A DNA stretch of 64,000 nt, from contig JADHWE010000001.1 in NCBI GenBank assembly GCA_016783675.1, positions 64,955 through 128,954 of the forward strand. Direction: 5' to 3'. Below, piece after piece: positions 57,155-64,000 of this stretch (positions are counted from its first letter, which is position 1; every line of letters begins with the position of its first letter). The DNA is from Kiritimatiellia bacterium (GTDB lineage Bacteria; Verrucomicrobiota; Kiritimatiellia; UBA8416; JABMPJ01). Made by a program: the position numbers and the translations under genes. The notes beneath the pieces are model-generated. The model was given only the letters and a program-made list of their open reading frames with translations. It made no database searches and had not been told where the DNA came from.

Positions 57155-58331
57155 CGTCCCCCTTCGCCGCGCCCACCACAAAATCGCCGCCATACTGCGC
57201 CAGGTACTCCACACCGTAGAGGCGGAAGAACACCGTCACCGGCAGAAGCAGGACCGCCCCGAGATACGGGATGCCCATCAGGCAACCCGCAATGAAGCAC
57301 GTCACCAGTATCGCCGCGAGTATGGCCATCCCTGCACACATCTGCAGCACGAGCATGAACAGCCCATAGGTCAGGAATCGGCCACTGTTCGAATGATAGA
57401 GCCCCAGGAACTTCCGCCATGCTTCCGTCGCCGTGAGATCATGCCGATACATGATGGGAATGATGAAATCGTTCAGAAACCGGCTGATATAGAAGGTGAC
57501 GGTACCAAACACGAGGAACAGCAGGATGATCATAGCGATTCCACCCGCCATTTCAGGTACGTATGCCCGTGCCTCCACGCAGGGCTTGATCACGAGCGGC
57601 CAAGCCAGGGCCAACAGGCCAAGCGTGATGACCAGGCAGATGATTCCGTAGCCCAGCGACCAGCGGAACAGCGAATTCGCGTGCTGTTTCCAGGTTTGCC
57701 ACGGCTCCGTCACCTCGGCCTTGTTTCTAAGCACGTTGTCGAGCAGCATGAATTTGCCGCGTGAGCGCAGCCACAGAAACACAATGCCGGCCGCCAGCCC
57801 AATCAACACCAGCACCACTACGAGGCCGATCACGATGCCGCCATACTGCTGAAAGAATTCGCGCACCGGCGCCCATGCCTCCTCCATACCCGTGAGCATC
57901 CCGTCTACAGAGAAGTCACTGTCGCCTCCACCCCCACCACTGCCGCCTGAGCCCGTGTTGAAGGATCCGCCGCTCTCCCCCAGGGAAGCCAACCAGGCAC
58001 AGAAACCCAGGGCGAACCACTTGCCGATTTCAAAAGGCTGGAAGAGAATCAGGACCATGCGTCGCCAGGCATACTTGACCGGATCGATCAGCTTGATCGC
58101 CCCGGGTTCACGCAGATCGCGCCCGTCCTGGCCGGGAGCACGCAGTTGCAGCTCATGCTGTCGGCCCGTGAAGAGCCCCACGACGCTATCGGCGCGCGCC
58201 CACTCCTCGCCCATGGTGCTGTTCCACACCAGGTCCTCGGGTCTCAGCTCCCCGTTCCCCGCCAGGCGCGTCAGTTCATCCCGGTTGACCGGCCCGCGCG
58301 ATTCGCCATCTTTGACGTAGTACCACTCCAT
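57138..58331 (-). CDS. GYF_2-domain (DUF4339-like) N-terminus fused to a polytopic membrane domain; function unknown
   Basis: MEWYYVKDGESRGPVNRDELTRLAGNGELRPEDLVWNSTMGEEWARA is the GYF_2 pattern. A Gly/Ser-rich insert (GSGGSGGGGGD) and about 6 TM helices follow. The ATG at 58331 was verified. Confidence 0.6.
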   Translation of the reverse strand: MEWYYVKDGESRGPVNRDELTRLAGNGELRPEDLVWNSTMGEEWARADSVVGLFTGRQHELQLRAPGQDGRDLREPGAIKLIDPVKYAWRRMVLILFQPFEIGKWFALGFCAWLASLGESGGSFNTGSGGSGGGGGDSDFSVDGMLTGMEEAWAPVREFFQQYGGIVIGLVVVLVLIGLAAGIVFLWLRSRGKFMLLDNVLRNKAEVTEPWQTWKQHANSLFRWSLGYGIICLVITLGLLALAWPLVIKPCVEARAYVPEMAGGIAMIILLFLVFGTVTFYISRFLNDFIIPIMYRHDLTATEAWRKFLGLYHSNSGRFLTYGLFMLVLQMCAGMAILAAILVTCFIAGCLMGIPYLGAVLLLPVTVFFRLYGVEYLAQYGGDFVVGAAKGDDEPDA

Positions 58332-58401
58332 CGTCACTCTCCTGCAAGAAGGATGGACGCACCCTACCCTACTCACTTAGAATTCTCAACGACGTAACCA
58401 C

Positions 58402-58797
58402 ATGAACTATCGACGCTTTAACATTGTTGTTCTGCTCGCCCTGCTCGCGCTTGGACCCGCGCTGCTGGTTGTCCCGTGGGCTCAAGAGCATCTTGGACTG
58501 CTCTACCCCGGTTGCGCGCTGGAACAGCTCACGGGGCGCAGCTGTCCGATGTGTGGATTGACCACCGGTCTGCGCGACCTGGTTGCGTGCAACACAGGTC
58601 ACGGACCGGCTAATCCGCTCACCGTTCCGGTGGCGATCCTGGTCCTTCTCGAAACCGCCGCCCGCGCCATGCTCTGCACACTCCGGCTATCCGCGGCCTC
58701 AGTTGAGCGGACCAAGCGATGGGATCTGAGGCTTCACGCCGTCCTGCTGGTCGCCTATGCGGCGTACTGCGTGACCTTCTATAGTGGCCATGCCTGA
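58402..58797 (+). CDS. DUF2752-family small membrane protein
   Basis: 131 aa, with the CP-x-CG motif (GRSCPMCGLTTG) between TM helices, typical of DUF2752. Confidence 0.55.
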   Translation: MNYRRFNIVVLLALLALGPALLVVPWAQEHLGLLYPGCALEQLTGRSCPMCGLTTGLRDLVACNTGHGPANPLTVPVAILVLLETAARAMLCTLRLSAASVERTKRWDLRLHAVLLVAYAAYCVTFYSGHA

Positions 58798-58813
58798 GGA
58801 TGCCGGCGCGTCT

Positions 58814-59590
58814 CTACTTCCGAGGCAGCGTTGGTGGCTTCGGCATGGGCGCCGACGATGTACGGACAGGGCGTTGCGATACGAGGCTCAATCTGCTGCG
58901 ACGGGACTTCAGCGTGGAAACCATCATCTGTGAGCGGTTTACCTGGTGCTTCACCGTGACCACGCCGTCGTCTCCCGCCGACATAGTCGGTCGCACCACC
59001 CGCATGAGTGTTCCCAGGTGAATCGGGGCAAACGTGCGACCGGATGGCGCGTCGGAAACGCAGAGAAACACGTGATCCCTCCGCTGCCGCCCCCAGTAAC
59101 GTAACGAGTAGGTGCGACGCACCCCCGGTGCGTACGGAACGTTTCCACTGGTCCTGATCAATTCGATTCCCGGCACCACGTCGATCACTTTGAGGGACGA
59201 TCTTGCTTCGACACCGCCACCGTCCAGCAGGGCCCGCACAAAGTAGCTGCCCGACTGGGTCAGAACGAAGCGCATCGTGAGATCCACCTCCACCGTCTCC
59301 ACGCGCCCGGGCGGCACCATGAACGCAGGCAACGCTCCGCCTTCCCGACGGACAGCCGAAACACCGCTGTCATGCTCCACACCAAAATACAGTTGCGGCC
59401 CCGAACCGTCCGCCGCGTTAACGGCCAGAGGCAGGGCGCCGTTGTTCACGACCGTTACCCGCGCCGTGAGAGGCTCGTGGGTGAGCACCGTCGATGTCGC
59501 AATATCGAGCCGCAGATCCACTTGGCCTGTCGCCATCGCGGCAGCAAACAGAAACAGAACCATTCCAAGCCTTAGCGGTCTACACTGCAT
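58814..59590 (-). CDS. Secreted hypothetical protein
   Basis: It has a signal peptide MQCRPLRLGMVLFLFAAAMATG and a beta-rich body. No motif was recognised. It overlaps the gmhA stop by 11 nt. Confidence 0.4.
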   Translation of the reverse strand: MQCRPLRLGMVLFLFAAAMATGQVDLRLDIATSTVLTHEPLTARVTVVNNGALPLAVNAADGSGPQLYFGVEHDSGVSAVRREGGALPAFMVPPGRVETVEVDLTMRFVLTQSGSYFVRALLDGGGVEARSSLKVIDVVPGIELIRTSGNVPYAPGVRRTYSLRYWGRQRRDHVFLCVSDAPSGRTFAPIHLGTLMRVVRPTMSAGDDGVVTVKHQVNRSQMMVSTLKSRRSRLSLVSQRPVRTSSAPMPKPPTLPRK

Positions 59591-60167
59591 CGTCACTCCA
59601 GAAGGCGCGCTCCGCGGCGTCAAGTAACAGGTGCACGATCACCTGGTGGGCTTCCTGGATGCGCTCGGTTGCATCGCCCGGGACGATAATCTCATGATCC
59701 GCTGCGCCCGCAAGTGGCCCGCCATCGCGCCCCAGTATCGCCATCGTCACCATGCCCGCATCGCGGGCCGCCGCCAGGGCTCGCGACAGATTGCGCGCGC
59801 TGCCGCTCGTGCTGAAAACCACGAGGACATCGCCCGCCTTGCCCAGACCTTCAACCTGGCGACTGAAGATCTCATCGAACCCGAAATCATTGCCGATACA
59901 GGTGATCGCCGTCGGATCAGCCACAAGCGACACCGCTGCCAGGGAACGGCGATTGTTGCGGAACCGTCCCACGAATTCCTCCGACATGTGCAGCGCTTCG
60001 GCCGCGCTACCGCCATTACCCGCCGTCAGAACCTTGCCACCGGCCTCGAGCGCGCTCACGATCGTCTCGCCCATCTCTCCGATGACATCGGCCGACTCCG
60101 CAAGTCCCCCGATCATCGCCGCACTCGCCGCAATCCCGTCTCGAATCCACTCACTATCTGTCGCCAT
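59580..60167 (-). CDS. gmhA: SIS-domain phosphoheptose isomerase (GmhA/DiaA family)
   Basis: It contains KVLTAGNGGSAAEALHMSEEF and VLVVFSTSGSARN. The ATG at 60167 (MATDSEW) is preferred over the TTG at 60194. Confidence 0.75.
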   Translation of the reverse strand: MATDSEWIRDGIAASAAMIGGLAESADVIGEMGETIVSALEAGGKVLTAGNGGSAAEALHMSEEFVGRFRNNRRSLAAVSLVADPTAITCIGNDFGFDEIFSRQVEGLGKAGDVLVVFSTSGSARNLSRALAAARDAGMVTMAILGRDGGPLAGAADHEIIVPGDATERIQEAHQVIVHLLLDAAERAFWSDDAV

Positions 60168-60195
60168 GGCCACCACCTTCGACTCCGTCACCAAC

Positions 60196-60230
60196 TCACT
60201 GAATACTGGTCACTGATTACTGATCACTTC
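60196..60230. repeat. Heptanucleotide tandem repeat (about 5 units)
   Basis: The units are TCACTGA ATACTGG TCACTGA TTACTGA TCACTTC. They lie between the 3' end of tRNA-Leu and the gmhA start. Confidence 0.7.
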
Positions 60231-60240
60231 TCCCGTGGCA

Positions 60241-60324
60241 TGCCCGGGGCGGGACTCGAACCCGCACGCTCTTGCGAGCAGGGGATTTTAAGTCCCCTGT
60301 GTCTGCCAATTCCACCACCCAGGC
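60241..60324 (-). tRNA. tRNA-Leu (anticodon UAA), class II with a long variable arm
   Basis: The reverse complement folds with acceptor GCCTGGG/CCCGGGC (one G-U pair), anticodon stem-loop GGGGA-CTTAAAA-TCCCC, a long extra arm and T-arm GCGGGTTCGAGTCCCGC. No CCA is encoded. Confidence 0.85.
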
Positions 60325-60500
60325 ACTAAACACGTCTTAAATCCGCCCCCATACTGGCAGATCGTTCAGCGAATGTAAATCCGCCTGTCCTTGCCCATCT
60401 ATCTTGTGGCAATCTACCCGCACTATGCACGAGCAAGAAGCACCTCCAGGCCCGATGGCACTGTTCTCCGACTGGCTGGAAGCCGCCAGCGACTGGTTCC

Positions 60501-61112
60501 TTGAACGCCTGGGGCCATGAAGGGAAAAGTGAGCAGTGGGCAGTGAATAGACGGTTAACACGAGAGTTTTTCGGAAGACCGACGCTTGAGGTGGCACCGG
60601 ACATGTTGGGCAAGGTGCTGGTGCACCGTGTTGAGGGCGTCGGGCTGGCCGGCCGCATCGTGGAAGTAGAGGCCTATCTCGGGCCAGAGGACCTTGCTTC
60701 CCACGCTTCACGCAAGACATCCAAGCGCGCCCGCATCATGTTCGGTCCACCGGGCATGGTCTACGTCTACCTCATCTACGGAATGCACCACTGCCTCAAT
60801 TTCGTAACCGAGAATGACGGCACCGCCGGCGCCGTGCTGGTGCGGGCTGTCGAGCCGCTGGACGGCATCGAGCAGATGCGCCTCAACCGCGGCTCCGGAA
60901 CAGCGGACCGCAGTCTTGCTGACGGCCCCGGCAAGCTCTGCCAGGCCATGGCCATCAATCTCACGCACAACCGAGCCGATGCCTGTGGTGATAGGATCTG
61001 GCTGGAAAACCGAGGTCACGCGGTCGGGCGCGTGGAACGAACACCTCGCATCGGGGTTGACTACGCAGGAAAATGGGCTCAAAAGCCGTGGCGATTCAGA
61101 GTGGAGAACTGA
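60501..61112 (+). CDS. mpg: DNA-3-methyladenine glycosylase (Mpg/AAG family)
   Basis: It contains FFGRPTLEVAPDMLGKVLV, GRIVEVEAYLGPEDLASHA and GMVYVYLIYGMHHCLNFVT. The true start may be the GTG at 60543. Confidence 0.8.
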   Translation: MNAWGHEGKSEQWAVNRRLTREFFGRPTLEVAPDMLGKVLVHRVEGVGLAGRIVEVEAYLGPEDLASHASRKTSKRARIMFGPPGMVYVYLIYGMHHCLNFVTENDGTAGAVLVRAVEPLDGIEQMRLNRGSGTADRSLADGPGKLCQAMAINLTHNRADACGDRIWLENRGHAVGRVERTPRIGVDYAGKWAQKPWRFRVEN

Positions 61113-61678
61113 TGCGTACGTTCATAGCCATTGAGATTGGAGAGCATGTCAGGCGAGAGCTCGCCTCTTTTCAGAAGGAGCTGCGCGACACCGGTGCGCA
61201 GGTGCGATGGGTACGTCCCGAAACGATGCACCTGACGCTCGCCTTCCTCGGCGAGACACCGGAGCCGGGACTCGCTCACGTTCGCGCGGCCATGGAACTG
61301 AGCGCCGAAGGCTCCCCTGCCCTGCATCTCGATGTATCAGGCGCGGGCACGTTCGGTTCCAGTCGCTCACCGCGCGTCGTGTGGGCTGGGCTGAGTGGCG
61401 ACGTTGTCGGATTGCAGGCATTACAGGGCAGACTGGCCGAGGTGCTGCGCTCGGACGGATTCGAGACCGAAGACCGCCCCTTCTCCCCGCACATTACGCT
61501 CGGCCGCATCCGCGGAAAACGCAATCTCGACGAGATGATAAAACGGATCGACGCCGCAGCAGATCACCCCTTCGGCACTATCGAAGCCACCGCCCTCACC
61601 CTCTTCAAAAGCGACCTCCGTCCCGAGGGCGCCCTGCACACACCCATCTACCATGCTCACCTGTCATGCCCCCCGTAG
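61112..61678 (+). CDS. thpR: RNA 2',3'-cyclic phosphodiesterase (ThpR/LigT, 2H family)
   Basis: It begins MRTFIAIEI and carries two H-x-T-x motifs (MHLTLAFLG and PHITLGR). It has an ATGA-type overlap with the mpg stop. Confidence 0.8.
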   Translation: MRTFIAIEIGEHVRRELASFQKELRDTGAQVRWVRPETMHLTLAFLGETPEPGLAHVRAAMELSAEGSPALHLDVSGAGTFGSSRSPRVVWAGLSGDVVGLQALQGRLAEVLRSDGFETEDRPFSPHITLGRIRGKRNLDEMIKRIDAAADHPFGTIEATALTLFKSDLRPEGALHTPIYHAHLSCPP

Positions 61679-61721
61679 ACCAACCCGCCAGCACCCCCGC
61701 ACTCCTGCGCAACAAGAGACA

Positions 61722-61767
61722 AAACCTGTCAAATAGACTCACGATCGTGAGTCTATTTGACAGGTTT
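61722..61767. terminator. Perfect 46-nt palindrome, likely a bidirectional terminator between the convergent thpR and clpB genes
   Basis: The sequence is aaacctgtcaaatagactcacga|tcgtgagtctatttgacaggttt. It is unusually AT-rich for this DNA and has T-rich flanks on both strands (tttcttat; ttttgtctcttgtt on the reverse). Confidence 0.55.
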
Positions 61768-61808
61768 CTTATGCGCGCTGGTTGCAGTGGAGACGTAGCG
61801 ATGCTGCT

Positions 61809-64000
61809 TTATTGCGACTTATCTGCGGTTTCGAGGTGGAGCAAACCGTTCTGTACCGCCAAGTCGAGAACCTTGCCATCCCCTGCCTCACCGGCAATGA
61901 TGGTGCGGGAGATGGGGGTTTCGACCTCGCGCTGGATAAAACGCTTGAGGGGACGGGCGCCGTAGAGCGGGTCGAAGCCCTGCTCGGCGATGAAACGCTC
62001 GGCTTCCTCCGAGACCTCCAGATTCAGTCCCTGCGTTTCGAGGCGACCACGCAGTTCCGCCAGGAGCAGGTCGACAATGCGGGTTATTTCGTCGAGCGTG
62101 AGCGGCTTGAAGAGTACGGTCTCGTCCACCCGGTTGAGAAACTCGGGACGGAACCGTGCACGCAGTTCGTCCATGACCTGGCGCCGTGCGCCCTCCGAGA
62201 TATGCCCCTCCTTGTCGATGCCATCCAACAGAATCGGCGACCCGATGTTGCTGGTCATGATGACGATCGTGTTCTTGAAATTGACCGTGCGTCCGTGCGA
62301 GTCGGTCAACCGTCCCTCGTCGAGGATTTGCAGCAGGATGTTGAACACATCCGGATGTGCTTTCTCAATCTCGTCGAGCAGGATCACGCTGTAGGGCTTG
62401 CGCCGCACGGCCTCGGTGAGTTGGCCGCCCTCTTCGAATCCGATGTACCCCGGAGGCGCGCCCACCAGTCGCGAAACGGTGTGTTTCTCCACATACTCCG
62501 ACATGTCAATCCGTACGATGTTCTCCTCGCTGTCAAATAGAGCCTCCGCCAACGTACGCGCCAGCTCGGTCTTGCCCACGCCGGTGGGACCAAGGAACAG
62601 GAACGACCCGATCGGACGATTCGGCGCCTTGATACCCGCCCGTGCCCGCAGCACGGCATCGGCCACGGCCTGCACGGCTTCATCCTGGCCTACCACGCGA
62701 TGATGCAGAACGTCATCAAGCTGCAACAGCTTCTGACGCTCGCCTTCCAGCAGCTTGGTTAGCGGTACGCCCGACCACCGGGAGACGACCTCGGCGATCT
62801 CCTCCTCCGACACCTCTTCGCGCACCAACGTTGCGCCGCCCTTGTCATCCTCGTCATGTGCCTCGTACTCGGACAACTCCTGCTCAAGCTGCGGAATCAC
62901 GCCGTGGCGCAGCTTGGCGACGCGGTCCAGATCGTAGGCCCTCTCGGCCTCATCGCTGTCCTGTCGGGCATGCTCCAGCTTCTCGCGCACGCCGCGCACA
63001 ACCTCGATCGCCTTCTTCTCCTGCTCCCACTGGGCGCGCATGGCATCGGCATCGGCTTTGGCGTCGGCCAACTCCTTGCGCAGGGCGGCGAGCCGATCTT
63101 TGCTGGCCTTGTCCTTCTCTTTCTTAAGAGCCGTTTCCTCGATCTCGAGTCGCATCACTTTGCGTGTGATGGCGTCCAGCTCGGCCGGCATCGAGTCGAT
63201 CTCGGTGCGGATCGAGGCACACGCTTCGTCCATGAGGTCGATTGCCTTGTCCGGCAGAAACCGGTCGCTGATATAGCGGTCAGAGAGCACCGCCGCCGAC
63301 ACCAGCGCCGCGTCCTGGATTCGGACACCGTGGTGCACTTCAAACCGTTCGCGCAGTCCGCGCAGGATCGAGATTGTGTCCTCCACGTTGGGCGCATCCA
63401 CGACGATCGGCTGGAAACGCCGCTCGAGCGCGGCGTCCTTCTCGACATACTTGCGGTATTCATCGAGCGTGGTTGCCCCGATGCAATGCAGCTCGCCGCG
63501 CGCCAGCATCGGCTTGAGCATGTTGCCCGCATCGGCCGACCCCTCGGTCTTGCCTGCGCCGACGATTGTGTGGACTTCGTCGATGAAGAGAATGATCTGC
63601 CCTTCCGCGGCCTTGATCTCCGTGAGCACGGCTTTCAGCCGCTCCTCGAACTCGCCGCGGTATTTGGCTCCGGCCATGAGCGCGGTCATATCGAGCGCGA
63701 AGATGGTGCGGTCTTTGAGCCCCTCCGGCACGTCGCCGCGCACGATCCGGTGGGCCAGTCCCTCCACGATAGCCGTCTTGCCTACGCCGGGTTCACCGAT
63801 CAGAACCGGATTGTTCTTGGTCTTGCGCGAAAGAATGCGGACGACGCTGCGGATCTCCGTGTCGCGCCCGATCACTGGATCCAGCTTGCCGTCACGTGCC
63901 AAGGCCACCAGGTCGACCCCGTATTTCTCCAACGCCTCGTACGCGCCCTCCGGGTTGTCGGTTGTGATACGCTGATTGCCGCGGACCGCCTTGAGCTCTT
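61809..64000 (-). CDS. clpB: Chaperone disaggregase ClpB (N-terminal domain lies beyond the right edge)
   Basis: It contains [61 protein letters not shown] and two AAA+ modules with a coiled-coil M-domain. The reading frame stays open to position 64000. Confidence 0.95.
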   Translation of the reverse strand, partial: ELKAVRGNQRITTDNPEGAYEALEKYGVDLVALARDGKLDPVIGRDTEIRSVVRILSRKTKNNPVLIGEPGVGKTAIVEGLAHRIVRGDVPEGLKDRTIFALDMTALMAGAKYRGEFEERLKAVLTEIKAAEGQIILFIDEVHTIVGAGKTEGSADAGNMLKPMLARGELHCIGATTLDEYRKYVEKDAALERRFQPIVVDAPNVEDTISILRGLRERFEVHHGVRIQDAALVSAAVLSDRYISDRFLPDKAIDLMDEACASIRTEIDSMPAELDAITRKVMRLEIEETALKKEKDKASKDRLAALRKELADAKADADAMRAQWEQEKKAIEVVRGVREKLEHARQDSDEAERAYDLDRVAKLRHGVIPQLEQELSEYEAHDEDDKGGATLVREEVSEEEIAEVVSRWSGVPLTKLLEGERQKLLQLDDVLHHRVVGQDEAVQAVADAVLRARAGIKAPNRPIGSFLFLGPTGVGKTELARTLAEALFDSEENIVRIDMSEYVEKHTVSRLVGAPPGYIGFEEGGQLTEAVRRKPYSVILLDEIEKAHPDVFNILLQILDEGRLTDSHGRTVNFKNTIVIMTSNIGSPILLDGIDKEGHISEGARRQVMDELRARFRPEFLNRVDETVLFKPLTLDEITRIVDLLLAELRGRLETQGLNLEVSEEAERFIAEQGFDPLYGARPLKRFIQREVETPISRTIIAGEAGDGKVLDLAVQNGLLHLETADKSQ

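Noticed and set aside
57138-58331. The GYF-domain polytopic membrane protein, considered as a cryptic Fo subunit a.
   Set aside because: It has no helix with the conserved Arg context (LRLxGN-like), a different TM pattern and a cytoplasmic GYF domain. It is kept only as an unknown candidate partner, not called as atpB.
60196-60324. A possible CRISPR array or integration hotspot next to tRNA-Leu. The same possibility was considered for tRNA-Ala at 11204-11279.
   Set aside because: The heptamer repeats have no spacers. No integrase, direct tRNA-fragment repeat or foreign-looking gene block flanks either tRNA.

Overview
This is a visibly GC-rich bacterial chromosome segment with no rRNA, CRISPR array, transposase or integrase. 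The gene content suggests a PVC-type organism (Kiritimatiellota/Verrucomicrobiota-like). That call is an inference from the PEP-CTERM/exosortase genes, the sulfatase, the MORN protein and the Asp-rich-repeat secreted proteins, not a database result. Left third (1-31 kb): mostly housekeeping. It holds envelope genes (murJ fragment, GT9 heptosyltransferase, lpxK), thyA-folA, a GH16 lipoprotein, an OlsF-like aminolipid acyltransferase, a sulfatase and tRNA-Ala. It also holds a 1345-aa exosortase-TPR fusion with an overlapping outer-membrane-type gene, an amidase, a holA-purF-pyrG-carB-carA run, and pgpH-ybeY-DUF502-mgtE. Middle and right (31-58.4 kb): an almost unbroken minus-strand array of about 28 genes. 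In transcription order these are: a GYF-domain membrane protein; a large cytoplasmic unknown; a signal-anchored periplasmic protein with an internal duplication; an atypical F-type ATPase-like cluster; a secretin-less type II secretion (T2SS) set (gspE, F, G, three minor pseudopilins, PilM-PilN fusion, GspM/PilO-like); a MORN-repeat membrane protein; four secreted or PEP-CTERM proteins; and recO plus a parvulin lipoprotein. The ATPase-like cluster has two tandem alpha paralogues, a truncated epsilon, c, a b/delta-CTD fusion, gamma and beta, and no subunit a. Right end: DUF2752, gmhA, tRNA-Leu, mpg, thpR and a clpB gene truncated by the window edge. The best candidate for something new is the subunit-a-less, double-alpha F-type ATPase-like module. 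It is tightly coupled to three unknown envelope proteins upstream and sits 16 nt from gspE downstream. Two families of structured intergenic repeats were also found. One shows compensatory base changes between its two intra-operon copies. All calls rest on reading the translations and the DNA by eye; no searches were run.
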